Counted from the first letter of the stretch, positions 1 through 14,910 are shown. The stretch: 64,000 nt of DNA from Octopus vulgaris (GCA_951406725.2 OX597827.1:50468001-50532000); one strand, 5' to 3'. A program made the numbers and translations. Notes: a model not told the origin generated them from the letters alone.

Positions 1-85
1 AAAAATCGATATCCACGAAATAGCCATGCTTTCGCTGTGATAAAATAAAGTATAAACCAACTATTTGGGTCGGTATAATCGACTT

Positions 86-396
86 GTGGAGGTGCAATGG
101 CCCAGTGGTTAGGGTAGCGGACTTGCGGTTGTGGGATCGCGATTTCGATTCCCAGACCGGGCGTTGTGAGTGTTTATTGAGCGAAAACACCTAAAGCTCC
201 ACAAGGCTCCGACAGGGCGTGGTGGGGATCCCTGCTGTACTCTTTCGCCACAACTTTCTCTCACTCTTTCTTCTGTTGGCTTGCTCGCTTAGCCAGCGGA
301 GTGGCGTCATTTGAAGGCTAAAACAATGCGAAGCGCATTGTGACCAGCGATCTGTAGCAACATCTGATAGCCTGGTCGGTCACGGTGATCACAGTG
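86..396 (+). mobile_element. tRNA-derived SINE, family A, tail type 1, nested in a decayed SINE-B copy
   Basis: A-box-like TGGCCCAGTGG and B-box-like TTTCGATTCC; exact 11-bp TSD ATAATCGACTT at 75-85 and 397-407; head shared with the copy at 45184-45549. Confidence 0.9.
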
Positions 397-957
397 ATAA
401 TCGACTTATCCCTTTCATTTACTTCGATTATATCAAAAACAGTGCATTTGATTGACAGAATCGTTAGGGCGATGGAAAAATTCCTTCGTGCTATTTTCGT
501 ACAACTTTTTATGTTCTGTGTTCAAATCATGCTGAAGTCAGCTTTACTTTTCAGGATTGATAAAATAATGTCCCAGTCAAATATATTGATAACAGTGACT
601 TAGCCCTCACCTGAAATACGCTGGTCTTGTGCTTAAATTAGAATCCATTATCTCCTGTTCATCTCTTAGTTTTCGCTTTATAAAGCGAATATTTTGATAT
701 TTGTTGTGAGAATCGTTTATTGATTTTTTTAAAGCTAACCAAGAACCTGGTGGGTTGATTAATCATTTATTTCTTGTCCCATTCTGTACAGAGCTTATAA
801 AAAAATTCTAGAAAGTTTTGTTTCAGAAAACAAATTTAAAAGAAGGCAGTGCCTTCAATGGCCAACTAGCTTGAGAGAGAGGTTAGAAGTGAGCATGCCT
901 ATACTATCTCTTTATGATGGCTTTTCGTGCCGATATTTACAGTGAATAAAACAGCAA

Positions 958-1095
958 ACTGGCAGAACCGTTAGCACACCGGGAAAAAGCTTAGCGGTAT
1001 TTCGAACGTCTTTACGTTCTGATTTCAAATTACGACGAGGTCTATAAAATAAATACGAGTTGAACACGGGAGTCGATGTAATCAACTACCTCTCC
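958..1095 (+). mobile_element. SINE family B, diverged copy
   Basis: CTGGCAGAACCGTTAGCAC...CTTAGCGGTATTTCG...GTCGATGTAATC matches the full copy at 11609. Confidence 0.75.
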
Positions 1096-1242
1096 CGTTG
1101 GGTCACCAAGAAACTATGAGTTTCCCAGCAACGGAGTTTTGTTTCGTGGATTGTTTTTCTTTCCCATGTTATTTCGCATGCTTTCAAAGAAGGTGCCATT
1201 GAAATCACACGTAAACGGCTCCTTTCCCCAGAAAGGGAATGA

Positions 1243-1350
1243 TTTGGCTGCTATTTTTTGCACGCCCTGCTACCATGTAACAGGTATTTCGGGTCCTTTT
1301 CGCAAATAGCTGTTACATGATAGCAAGACGTGCTAGAAATTGCAGCCAAA
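1243..1350. repeat. ~47-bp-arm inverted repeat built from the family D motif
   Basis: TTTGGCTGCTATTTTTTGCACG...GTAACAGGTATTT pairs with AAATAGCTGTTAC...CGTGCTAGAAATTGCAGCCAAA (about 7 mismatches, 14-nt loop). Confidence 0.8.
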
Positions 1351-2209
1351 TTTTTGGATGTGAGATATATAGAATGCACTTGAAAATAACCTATGGAAAA
1401 AAAAACTATTTCACACCGAGGTTAAGAACGGATCTTTTATGAAATATTTACAGTAGATTTATTTTCATTTTAACATATTTTTTTAATATGCCAAAAATTT
1501 TTGTATTGATATTCACTTGAAAATAATTTTAAAAAACATTAAAAGATTGTCTGTTTGAAGAAAGCTAAACTATAAATACTTACTGTACAAACAGCTTACA
1601 TTTTTGAAATCTCATTCACTTAAAAATATTTCTAAATGATAAAAATATTGTTTAACAAAAGCGAAAATAGAAGCATTTATTGTAAAAAAAATTCGTATTT
1701 ATTTTTGTTGTCAAGTCACTGTTTCTAACAGAAAGATAAGAGTTTCTTCCCTTTCAGGATTAAGTTTATTTTCGGAATATTTTTCTATTATGCACCGTTT
1801 TGGGTATTTATACCCGAAAACCTGAAATCTCTTTAAAACTACTTGTCCGATTTATGCGAAACTTGTTTTATTCCGTTCGTATTAACAATTCAGGGTCAAC
1901 TTAATTCATAGTATTTTCCCATTAGGGAAAATAGTATTTTCCCAGTTTGGCTGGGTAACATTGCAAGCAAGCAAGCAAGCAAGATTCAAACTAACTTTTA
2001 ATGTATGATAGATACTAATGAGTCTATAACATTCCTTCTTAATCTTTTTATTTGTGCGCTGTACAATGCCTAGTTCATCGTCTTTGGACGTCTATGATTT
2101 ATTGCATTCTCTTATCTCAGTTTCTTTATATAGCATGAGATTAAGTGATCGTAATTAAATTTAACCTTCTTCGTAGTTGCCATGACGCAGAGTTATTGTT
2201 ATTATAAAG

Positions 2210-2420
2210 AAAGCTGCTAGACTCATAATCACGCCAGGCAAAATGTTTAGCAGCAATTGTCTGCTTTACGGTCTGAGCTCAAATTCTGCTGGGGTCGACT
2301 TTGCATTTCATCCTTTCGGGGTCAATAAATCAAGTACCAGTTGAGTACTGTGGTCGATATGATCGACTTTTCCCCCTCCACAAAATCCAGGCCTTGTACC
2401 TATAGTAGAAAGGATTATTA
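2210..2420 (+). mobile_element. SINE family B with ordinary (ATT)n-ending tail
   Basis: GGTCGACTTTGCATTTCATCCTTTCGGGGTCAATAAATCAAGTACCAG core; tail CAGGCCTTGTACCTATAGTAGAAAGGATTATT. Confidence 0.85.
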
Positions 2421-2444
2421 TTATCATCATCATCATTATTATTA

Positions 2445-4235
2445 GCAAGCCTGTCTTTGTCGAGTTCAAAATAATAATTGATAAAGATTCAAAATTATAG
2501 AAATTTAAATTGAAAACATGAACAAGAGTAACCAGCATCCAAACGTTGATGGAATGACATCATCAGTCTTTAAGTTTCAGTTTTATAACAGACGAAAAAA
2601 AAGACAGAAAAAAAGAAGAAAGAAAAACAGAAAAGGAAAAGAAGAATAGTTAATCAAATTGTATAAATTTGATGATATTCTCCTGTCATTTTATCAAATC
2701 CTCCAGGGAGTGATGTTTATAACCCGCAAACATATTTCTCCTCATGCATTTTGAGAAGTGAAAGTGAAGCAAATTCAGAATATTTTCTGAGAATAAGCAC
2801 TTTCAAGTCTTTTTCAAAATTGCAGCCGTTTGAAGAAAAATTTTCGGCAAATTCTTTCTAACTACTGTTATTGTGCATGTCGTTATATCTGTGGCCATTA
2901 AATCTTTTGTTTATTGTTCTGTTGTACAACCAACATAAATCAAGCTGCGTTTCGTGCATTCTACCGCGTACACCAAATGGGAATCTCTACATGTGCCACG
3001 TTCTGTATAAAGCATAACATTTCTGTTATAATTCCTGGTGGAATTCACATGACTCATGTTGTTACACAATGAACAGGACTTACCTCTCTTTTGACTTCGT
3101 TTTCTTGGAGTCAGAAATAGAGGTCAATATTCTTATTCCGTCTAAAGCCTATACAATAGGTGGCTGAGGAAATTCTGTTTGAAACGGGTATATTTTTTCG
3201 CCACATGCTGGTAACTTTCATGAAACACTTTTTAAATGCCAGCGAAATTTCGGTGCTAGTTAATCACTAAATGAATTCTGTCATCTATTTTATTGTGCTT
3301 TCAAAAATTATGCGTGAAAGTTTGACTGTTTTAGTTACTCTTAGCTATTTCGTTTGCTATTTCCTTTAATCGTTATTCGTGGTAACTGCGTTTGATATAA
3401 TGATGTACAAAAGCATTTGCATGTTTCCAGTTATCCCCTATGTCAGTATAAATCCGTTTCAACCGCAAAAATTGGGATTTCGGATTTGACAGAATACTAT
3501 GATGTGGAGGATCGGAGCAACGGTGGAGATAAATGTGTGATGACGTGGGCTTGCAAAATAACTCTGTCACTATTCTGCCTTCAGAAAACTTAACTTTTGT
3601 GTCCAAAAATTCAACGCTAGTTTTTGAAAAACTAGACGTAATTCTTATGTTGGACTTAAAGCCATAGATTTTAGCATAACAGCCACAGAAATGCAAGAAG
3701 TCACTTAAACTATCCTGTGACCCTTCCCAAACAACAAAGACCTCATCAGTGAATCGTAACCAGAGTGTTCATGAAGGGATTTGAATGTCTTCAGTAACTG
3801 CGTATCAAATTTCGTCATGAAGACATTAGCGAAATTAACTGCCACGGGAGTACCCATGGCTAGGTCTGGCGAAATTAACTGCCAAGGGGGGTACCATGGC
3901 TAGGTCTGGCGGTAAACTTTTTTTGTCCAAACTTCATTGTGTTACTTTGTAACACAAACCTCAATAATCTACAGAGAAAACTTGACAGAGTACTTTGTTT
4001 GACAGCTTTTCGATGGCAACCCTGCATGTTTCTATCCCTCCATCGTGGTCAGATAACTTTTGTTCTTTTCTCTGGTTTTTAACTTAAAGACTGATGATGT
4101 CATTCTATAAACGTGTGAATGCTGGTTGCTCATGTTCGTACTTTCAATTTAAATTTCTATAATTTTTAACTTGACAAAGACAGCCTTGTTGTCGAAATAA
4201 CGTTCAAACAATAAAGTATCTATTGCAATCGCAAT
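2445..4235 (-). mobile_element. Penelope-like retroelement (decayed RT + GIY-YIG endonuclease) with inverted pseudo-LTRs
   Basis: Minus-strand RT remnants AMGTPVAVNFAN, WLRFTDEVFVVW, VEFLDTKV, KPTSSHIYLH, SQFLRLKRI; GIY-YIG-like CRDSHLVYAVECTKRSLIYVGCT at ~2911-3020; ~130-bp inverted repeats at ~2445-2575 and ~4080-4190; 39-bp tandem duplication near 3829-3910. Confidence 0.9.
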
Positions 4236-4236
4236 C

Positions 4237-4999
<763 letters not shown>

Positions 5000-5001
<2 letters not shown>

Positions 5002-5182
5002 TTTCGTCCGTCTTAGTGTTCTTAGTTCAAATTCCGCCGAGGTTAACTTTGCTCTTCATCCTCGGAAAGTCATAAAATAAATACCAGTTGATTGCTGGAG
5101 TCGATTACATTGACTTTTCCTTTCCCCCGAAAATGGTGGCCTTGTGGCATAATTTGAAATTATTATTATTATTATTATTATT
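5000..5182 (+). mobile_element. SINE family B, 5'-truncated; its (ATT)n tail hosts the R4/Dong LINE
   Basis: GTTCAAATTCCGCCGAGGTTAACTTTGC core; tail GGCCTTGTGGCATAATTTGAAAT(TAT)n. Confidence 0.8.
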
Positions 5183-6848
5183 CTATGTTTGACTTTTGCT
5201 TTATATTTGTACAAGTTGGCTCCAAGTCTCACCCAGAGACCTCAAGAGACAACAGGGTTGGAAGTTCATGTTGTTGTTATGCCTAGTGTGCCATATATTT
5301 GGGGGGTGGGGATGTTGTACTAATGAATGTCTAAAAAGAAAAAAAAAGGGGTTTTTTTTTTTTTTTTTTTTTTAAACCGAAAATTATGTTTGTTTTAAAC
5401 CTTGAGATTACATAGAGAGTATTTTGCGTAGGATATGAGCAGTTCCCATGAGCACTATCTTTTGAACTTCTGCCATTTTTGGGTTTCCTGGTATCTGAGT
5501 TAGGTAGCTATCAGCCCCTTTTGCTATCATTCCCAGGGCACCTATGACAACAGGTATTGTTTTAGTCTTCAGCTTCCACATTTTGCTGATTTCTATTTCA
5601 AGATCTTTATATTTGCTCAGTTTTTGGTTGGTCTTGACAGATACGTTTATATCGATTGGGACAGTCATATCAATGAGGAGGCATGTTCTTTGTTTGAAGT
5701 TTTTCAATATGATGTCTGGCCTATTTGCATCTATCTTCCTGTCAGTTTGAATGGTGAAGTTCCAGAGGAGTGAGATGTGGTCATTTTCAAGCACTGGGGG
5801 TGGTTTGTGTTCCCACCAGTTTTTTTCATGGGGCAAATCCAGGTTTTTACAGATTACCCAGTGAATATATTGTGCAGCTCTATCGTGCCTGTTGAGATAC
5901 TCTGTAGGCGCTAGAAGACTGCACTTGGAGACCACATGGTCAATGGTTTCATTTTGTTGCTTGCATACACGACACGTTGGACTGCTTCTGATCTTTAATA
6001 TGTTGGCCTGGTAGTTTCTTGTTGGTAGGCATTGATCTTGAGCTGCTATGATAAACCCCTCTGTTTCAGATTTTAAGCCAGAGGCCATTAGCCATTGATG
6101 GGTCAGGGCTTTGTCGATATCTGCATTATTCGCTCTCTTTGGGTATTTGCCATAGAGAGGTTTTTCTTGCCATTTATTATTCAGAATATCTAAGGCCGCA
6201 GTTTTGGCACGGGTTTTCATGCGCCTAGCTTTTTCTGTGCTTGTTTCTTGTATATCTATCTCTAATTCCGAAATTGGTTGTATTCGGAATTCACTTAGAT
6301 ATTCCTTTGCCTGTTTTGTGACTGAGTATGATGCTTTCTTGTTTTCATGTTTTGAGACAAGTTTTAGCATCCAGTCCTCAGAGTTTTTCAGGTAGGTGTC
6401 TAGGCCAATTGTAGCAATCTTCATTGTTATTGCCAGTTGCAAAAGACCACGGCCTCCTCTTTTCTTGGCAGATAGAGTCGTTCTGTATCTGCCTTAGGGT
6501 GGTGCATTCTATGCATTGTCAACAGTTTCCTTATTTTTCTGTCGAGCTGACATATTTCAGTAATTGACCAGTTAAAAATATTGAAACTGTAAGTCACGAC
6601 TGGTATAGCTAATGCATTGATTGCTTCGATCCTGTTTCTTGCATTCAGCTCTGTCTTGAGTATTGCTCTCACTCTTCGATAGCATTCTCTCCTGATCCTT
6701 TCCTTCATCTCTGAATGCCTTATTCCGTTCCCTTCAATTATCCCTAGGTACTTGTAGCTCTCCGCTGGGTCTAGTTCTTTTATGACATTCTGTTGGTCAA
6801 GGTTAACGTTAGATGTTTCTGTCATTTTTCCTTTCTGTTCATTTTTCC

Positions 6849-6849
<1 letters not shown>
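5183..6849 (-). mobile_element. 5'-truncated R4/Dong-clade non-LTR retrotransposon (RT C-terminus, CCHC finger, restriction-like endonuclease)
   Basis: YKYLG motif; CRVC...ETIDHVVSKC finger; RHD; NRPDII...LLIDMTVP...KLSKYKDL PD-(D/E)xK nuclease; one frameshift near 6440, stop at 5408; (TAA)n on both flanks, the known Dong target. Confidence 0.92.
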
Positions 6850-6903
<54 letters not shown>

Positions 6904-6999
6904 CATTATTATTATTATTATTATCATCATCATCAATATTATTACTATTATTATTATTATTATTATTATTATTATCATCATCAATATTATTACTATTAC

Positions 7000-7050
<51 letters not shown>

Positions 7051-7059
7051 TATTATTAT
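6850..7059. repeat. compound (ATT)n microsatellite
   Basis: Direct reading. Confidence 0.98.
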
Positions 7060-8079
7060 GCCTGTTCGAAAAGTTAGGAGAAATTTTTTAAATTATGTTC
7101 TCACAGAAAGTCGCCCATTAAGTTAGGCAGCCGGAAGCATTTAAGAGTGTTTTTGTGATAAAAGAAGCATTTGCATTTGCTTTCACTGCACGAATGAGCG
7201 CAGTTGCATGCGCTTTGGCTGAATGCAGTGTTTAAATTTTTTTATTGTTTTTCCATTGCAATGATTCTACTTTAAGTTAAACACACACAATAGCCAGTAG
7301 TAATATTTTCTGTACGTAAATTCTGGGTTTTGGTTATGCATTATTTTCTTCCGTGTCTTTTTTCGTGATTTACTGGATAAATATCATGAGATTATTTTGT
7401 TTTAATCTCTGCACCTGAACGTCCTTATTTTCAGTTCTTTATATTTGGATAGCTACTAACTAATGACTCAACTAGACATCTGTGTAGAAATTATAACGGT
7501 AAAACATTTGTTTTATGGAAACATAATGACGTGTCAATTTATGCTTTTCTGTTTTATTTGCCGGACTTTAAGCAACTAGCGAAGACAAGAATGGCAAATG
7601 TATGGGAACTTGAGAGAAAGAGCACATCTGTACTGATAGAAATAAGGCATCATTAATTACAGATTCCTAGGTATACAACTAGATTACTACATTAGTTTTA
7701 AATCTGAAACCGTATTCTACGGGTTTTTAGAAACTTTGTCGGCAGCTGGTTTTCGTCAGTTTCTGCCTTACTTGATAATCATGGAGACACTAAATTTGTA
7801 AGTCCCATCTTTTGTAACTTCATGCATGTAATCCCAAATCAGCATTCTTCTTTGCAACTTTGTCCGAATCAGATGGTTTTCATTCGTATTTGTTTGAATT
7901 AATTTAATTTTATTTATTCATTACGTTTATATATTTGTTTTGCAAGATTTTTGATGTGAAATTGTTGTATTTAGGAATGGTCATTTTGCCAGTTTAGCCA
8001 GTAAAAACACGCACTATATATTTGGTGTTACTTTGCTTCAGCGTTATTTATTTTTTACATTAATCTTAATCTTATTTCG

Positions 8080-8122
8080 GCCAGAGTTCTTTCGTCACAC
8101 TCATGTGACCGCATCAGTGGTC
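8080..8122 (-). ncRNA. minimal type I hammerhead-like motif (Penelope-type), A9 substituted
   Basis: Minus strand CCA CTGATGC G GTCACA tgag TGTGAC GAAA GAAC TC TGG: perfect 6-bp stem II, stem I CCA/TGG, CUC triplet. Confidence 0.6.
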
Positions 8123-9461
8123 CTTTGCTTTCTTCTATCTTATTTGTGTATCTCTCCTTATTAACCGTCAGCCATTTTGTATTTATTTATTTATATATTT
8201 ATTCATTTATTCGCTGAATTTATCTGGTAAGGATTAAGCATGTTGCTCGGTATTTGACAGAATATCAATTAGAAAAAGCAGAGACATTCCTCCACCAAGT
8301 GATGCTCATCTCATTGTAATTGTAGGAAATCACTGAGGTTACAGAAGATATGTCTATCGCATGCAGATCATTGATCGACTTGCTAACAACAGAACCAAAG
8401 TCACTCTATGATGATATATTGCACTATCTTGTTAAGAAAAATGAAAGACATATTGGACAATGTGGCTCTTAATCGACAGGGCCAAGACAAAGTATTTTGA
8501 TCATAGGTATGTTCGGTCAAACTTAACTTCGGTAGTAAGCAACGAGATCTATTTTATTTTATCGTTATAACATTTCCTTGTTGAAAAGTTGCTCCCTTAA
8601 ATGCGTTTCTAAAATCTTTCTGCTCATTTGCACGTGCATAATAGATACTGGAGCATGTCGGATTGAATTGTTAAGCAATACTCAGTTTTTCCCTTGGTTC
8701 CGAACTAAGATAATTTCGGGTTTGATAAAAACGAGATACAGTCAAATTATTTGGTCCGATTCTGTAAAATATCTGTTAACTTGTAAAATCTGCTAAGTTA
8801 ACAAAATAACTGCTCAAAAAAATTTTATAAAATTATATTTGAATGAAATACCTACAGATAGTGGGCCATGCTAAAAAAACCACGGTGGAGTTCAATCAGG
8901 TTTTACTAGCCTCGATATAGTCAAAATTTTCATTTTAAAATATATTTAGATAAGAATGCAAATCTATATATACACAAATATGCATGCACATGACCGAGTG
9001 CCATTTCGAAATACTACAATATACAGATTTGTTTTTATTGAATTGTAAAACATTTTTCTGTAGTTTCCAGTCTCAATTGTATGCTGTTGTCTTCAACATG
9101 CCAAGACTGTTTTATTTCAATATCTTTCACCAAAGTTATTTTAAATATGACTAACACAATAACAAGAGCAGTACCGTAGAATTGAAATTCTTAGAACTTT
9201 GCGTTTGTATGTGTGTGTATTTACGCGTGCGTGTGTGCTTGTGTGTGTGTACGTGCAAGGTTTATCATTTAATGTTGAAAAATCACATCGTATTTTTTGT
9301 TTAGATGAGTAAGAATCTATCATATGTACCTTCTTCAACCATTGACATTCGTGAACAGTATATACCTAGCAGTAGACAAGCAATACATATATGCTATTTT
9401 ACATACATTACATACAGATATACATATATATATATATACACATACATACATGTATGTATTT

Positions 9462-9838
9462 GACAGGTTACATCAAAGGAAAAGAAAACAAAACGCAATA
9501 TTCCATCTAAAAATAAAAGTAGTCTAAAAACTCAAAAAAATCAACTAGCTTCCTCAGCTTCCCCCACGGCCTCAAGACGGCTCCAAAACATCGTCCTTGA
9601 ATTCTTAATTCTGTCTTTGGGAAGATCTTCGAATAGTTCCTTGATCTTGGCCACTAACTCAACCGCACTCCCACGTAATAATCCATGGGATTACAATCGG
9701 AGGAAGTAGGAGACCACAAATTGGTGCTGGTGAAGCTCTAGCAATACTTTTTGAATTTTTTAAATACTTTATCTTTGGGTGCGATATTGCGTTTCCTTTC
9801 CCTTTTATGCAAACGGTGAAATTTAACCCGAACACCAT
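9462..9838 (-). mobile_element. Tc1/mariner-superfamily deletion derivative (transposase C-terminus)
   Basis: Minus-strand NLWSPTSSDCNPMDYYV (WPPxSPDLNPxD-type motif) then ELVAKIKELFEDLPKDRIK; boundaries approximate. Confidence 0.6.
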
Positions 9839-9875
<37 letters not shown>

Positions 9876-9918
9876 CACACACACACACACATATATATAT
9901 ATACATACATATATATAT

Positions 9919-9971
<53 letters not shown>

Positions 9972-10301
9972 TGAACTTGTTAATAATTTCTCAAAAGATT
10001 TTTTTCTATAAACTGTTTTTAACATATTATTATCAAAGAATGTATACATGTATTGCAACTTTTTGTGCCCAATATTTTAATGAACTTTTTTATATTTTCC
10101 AAAGATTTTTCCTTGTAAACTGTTTTTAACATGTTCTTATTATCATCAAAGAATGTATATATGTATTGTAATATTTTGTGACAACCTAACACAACAAAGC
10201 TTTTACATGTTACTTTTAACAATCTTTTTCTAAAAATGTGAAACCGGTCAAGTAAATAAACATCTTTTAAAATTGCATTTTCAAACCTTCTTTCATATAT
10301 A

Positions 10302-10381
<80 letters not shown>

Positions 10382-11608
10382 TGTTCCCTAATTGATAGCA
10401 CAGATCAACTGCGATAAAAAAAAGTAGTCGCAAATTAAGCTAGACCATTTATAGATAGCCTGATTTGCAAGTTTGTACTTCTGGCGGCTTGCCATTAATT
10501 AAACAATGTTTACGTTAAGCACAGCACACCGTGTTATGCAAACGTATAGTGTCTCATCATATTTATATATTTTTAAAATATCTAAAACGTTACATTGACG
10601 TATTAATGCAGTAATACCTATGTTAATGTACGCTAGTGTAACCAAGAAATTGCTACCAGGATCTGCCGTCTTGATGTTCTTATTCATAATCTAAAACTTT
10701 ACTCAGGATGGTTTCCAAACATGAACAACAAACATTCATTCATTTCTCTCCAACACCTTATAACTTGTTGTATCAAAGTGCATACGATTAACAAATGAAT
10801 AGATGATTATTATAAATCTAAAGTCTATAGAATTTGCTAGAATAAATCTTTCCTATGGAAGTAATATACAAGAATTTATTAGCAAAGGAGTATTGATATG
10901 TGATGATTTTTGAAGACCTAAAGTTCTTAATCTAGACACATCGGTTAATTGTTCAGTTGATCAAACACCAACTTAAAAGATAAACTGGAGCACGTTAATG
11001 GCACTTTTTCTTCTTCAGTTTATTTCTTCTTAATGACAAGAACATCAAAGTCATACTGCATATGTGTATCGATATTGCTTACCAAAGGTCATGTGTTACT
11101 TAGTTCTTTAGTTTGTTTTAGACATTAAGGTCAAGGTTACGCTGGACCAATATCATCACATATATTTGGCTCTGCTCTACATTTTATCCATATTTAAATG
11201 AGGGACGGGATTCCGTATGGAGTCACTTTGCTTGTTGGATATAGCAGTCACGTTTGCATTAAATTACACCCTACCTTCTTAAAACAAAAGGAATATCACA
11301 TTGAAGAATGCAGTCCTGGATAAATACTATGAGATGTTAGTCAATACTAGAAAGTTTTAATCATAGTTCTTTTGGATGAGAGATGACCTGTGGTCAAACA
11401 ACAATAGCAAATCTTTACGTTGGAAAGATACATTTTAATTACCATCGTATTCGCGAGCATCATCAACACTGTTGCTATTGGCATCTTCGTTGTAGTCATC
11501 ATCGTCGTAATCGGCCTCCAATTCCCTTTCTCGTCTTCTACCTCCTCCCTCTCCTCTTGTAAACTACAAAGCACCGCAATATTGGGTTGTTATAATAGAG
11601 ATTTATAA

Positions 11609-11827
11609 GGCGGCGGGCTGGCAGAACCGTTAGCACGCCGGGCGAAATGCGTAGCCGTATTTCGTCTGCCGTTACGTTTTGAGTTCAAATTCCGCCGAGG
11701 TCGACTTTGCCTTTCATCCTTTCGGGGTCGATTAAATAAGTACCAGTTAAGCACTGGGGTCGATGTAATCGACTTAATCAGTTTGTTTGTCCCCTCTGTT
11801 TTGCCCCTTGTGGGTAGTAAAGAAATA
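11609..11827 (+). mobile_element. SINE family B, full length, with Tx1-type tail
   Basis: GGCGGCGGGCTGGCAGAACCG head, B box GAGTTCAAATTCC, core CCTTTCATCCTTTCGGGGTCG, tail GCCCCTTGTGGGTAGTAAAGAAATA; 17-bp TSD with 2 mismatches (11591-11607 / 11828-11844). Confidence 0.92.
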
Positions 11828-13698
11828 TATAATAGGGACTTATACTGATTGGGGTTGATACACGCTATCGAGAATGGTTATTGCTTGCTTTACCAAATAA
11901 ATGTTAGAAAGTATTTTAAACTATAATATACAGGGTGATTCAGAGGTTCCTTCTGCATTTAAATGATGTATAAAATAAAAATGTTAAAGGGGCTTATTAA
12001 TCACTCTGTACATTTATTTTCTTTAATTAGCGAGATGTGAACTCCCTGGAAGGGAGTACCTGCATAAGTGTACTCTTATCTGTGTCTTCCAGTATGTCTT
12101 CCTGGTTGTTTCAATATTTTAAGTCATCTGTTCTTCTTCTTGTTTTTATTTACTGGCAACACGTGAATCCATAAATTCGTTTTGGCTACTTTGTCAAAAA
12201 GATCGTTAAATTGTATATAAAATAAAATTCGAAGGGACTTCAGCGAGTATTTCATTTTGAAGTATGTCCCGTTTTGTTAAAATATATTTTCTCCGTAAAT
12301 GCTTGTTTGATTGCATAGATACCATTTTGTTAACTTTTCGTGCTTAAATTAATGTTAGAATTGTCTACAGCTGATTTGACATTCGTAATTGCAAGTAGAA
12401 CAACGAGAATTCCCACAATCAGCACGCAGTCATTATTCTCTTACACAGTTCTCTTTTCTGATTGATCACCTTTGGACTTCTCTCTACTTTCTTGGTTATG
12501 CATTCATTGCAGTGTAAATATTATGAATAATATTCATTGGTCTTAAATGTATGCCATAATCTTCCCCAACCCTTTTAAAATGCACTCAATTTTCAGCAGC
12601 TTTGTTGCATTTAGTCTTTTATCGACAGTTTTCTTTTAAGATTTAAAAATTTTATTTAAAATGTTTCCGCAAATCTACCATTTTTCTTCGTCGTATTCAG
12701 ATTTATATTTTTCTATAGAAATTCAGTAAAGGAAATTAATACAATGATCATCATATCTTTGACACTTTACCTCGTATTCTTCTTTTACCCGACTTTTTAT
12801 CTACTTACATTCCACCACTCTCAAACATATGTTCAATATATCTTTTAGTTAATTATATTTACTTCCTAAACCTAATCAATATCATCTTCCATCTCAGCTT
12901 TCACTTTCTTCTTTCATTCATATAACACTTCTACTGCTTTTCAAAACTTCTTTTCATAACCATAAATGCTTTTTAACAATATCTCAGCATATTTTTCTTT
13001 ATAATGTTCTAGTTTTTCAAAGCACTATCGATTTATCTATCTGTCAGTTTGTTTGTCAAGCTATGGGGAAAATATGTGCGGCAATCTTTTTCTCTCTTAT
13101 ATAGTATATTTCGTATATACATAGCCATATATCAACAACGTCCTAAGGTTTCATGATGCCTGTGAATGTAGCTCCTCGTCTGTGGATTTCTCTTTACATT
13201 ATTTAGGATAATTTCAAGTCACACGTCCGGAAAAAAACAACCGAGAGGCACTTGAGAGACGAATTGTAATTTGTCTTTGTATTTGTGTGCCACAGTTGCT
13301 TGGGCCTACACATAAAATACATTAATTGCAGCCTATGGAATATATGCAAATGTTGAGCAAATCCAACAACAACGAAAACAATCTCAAAATGCGCACTTTA
13401 CATGAACTTTATTGTAACACAAATGGAGCCAATCGTAGTGGACGGATGCAAATCAGTAAGACTTAATTGAATTAAACTTTTCAGAAATGTCATATTTTTA
13501 TCGCCGTAAAATATTCCAGAATTATCACCCCTTGCTTACTGTTGTTAATATCGTTTAATTTAACTTGACAACTAACACATTCCTATTAGCTTTAAGCAAT
13601 TGTTTTATCATAGTCGTCGTCATCATCATCCCCATCATCGTCATCATTATTGTTATTATCTCCTCTTCCTCTTCATCATCATCATCATCATCATCTTC

Positions 13699-13733
<35 letters not shown>

Positions 13734-14711
13734 ACTGTTAGTTCATGAACACTACAAAACAAAATGCACGTGCCGTTGCCATTGTACGCCACTGAACTCA
13801 TTGATTGTATGTTTACTTGATGCACACATATTCCTCTCCCACCTCAAAAAAAACAACAACAACAAAAAATCATTTTAAAAATTGAAAAGCAATGAGCCAA
13901 GAAAGGGACCTCTACACGGGTGCTTCACATGCTAGATGTAGTAACCAAATCATTCTCAAATCATAAAAAACAAAAGTAAGGCACACTTAGATAACGGAGT
14001 TCTAAAATAACCCTAAGTAGCCAGGATGTTGACAGCTGATGAGTCATTGACCCTAGGTCTGTTTGTATGAAGTTGACCAGCAGCAGAATTAAACAACATT
14101 CGTCAGATCCAACGAAAACAACAACAACAAACGAAATAATACATGTATACAAATGATTGTAATAATATAATAATAATGCCATTTCAGTAGACATATGAAT
14201 GAACAGTAGTAAACATTACTGAATGCTATTGAACTCTAATAAACTCTAGTGAACACTAGATAACAATAACAAACGCTGATGAACACTGTCAAGAAAAACG
14301 CATAATTATAGATTTTAATTTTTTTTTTTTTGAAAAAGTAACGAGTTGTTTATGATTTTTTTTTTAAAAAAAAAAAAAAAGGTAACGAAATCGCAAAGTA
14401 TTTTATTGAGCCAACGAGAGATCCTGTTCTGACCTTACTTGACTTGCTAAAAGTAGCAATCCCCCCAAATCACACACAGTGCTGTTTTATAAAAAGAAAC
14501 ACACACAAAATACACTTACTGGAAATAGAATTATAAAGAAACATAGCTGACTTGGTTAAACAACAATAACACGAGTTAGTATATTGTTAACTAACACAAG
14601 ACTTTAATATTGTCAATTTAGCGATCTATTATGTCACCAAAGCCATTTGGAAAAGTATAGACGGGATTAATTCTTTTATCCCTCGTTTGTACTTATTGTT
14701 CATATAATCCA

Positions 14712-14728
14712 TACTACTGCTGCTGCTG

Positions 14729-14783
<55 letters not shown>

Positions 14784-14805
14784 AATTTGTTCACTATTGA
14801 ATGCA

Positions 14806-14870
<65 letters not shown>

Positions 14871-14910
14871 TTATATATAAACATATATATATAAAATCAT
14901 TCACTTTATT

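Noticed and set aside
86-160. tRNA-like heads (also at 11609, 45549, 61772)
   Set aside because: They continue into SINE bodies, most with TSDs, and lack a complete cloverleaf; not tRNA genes.
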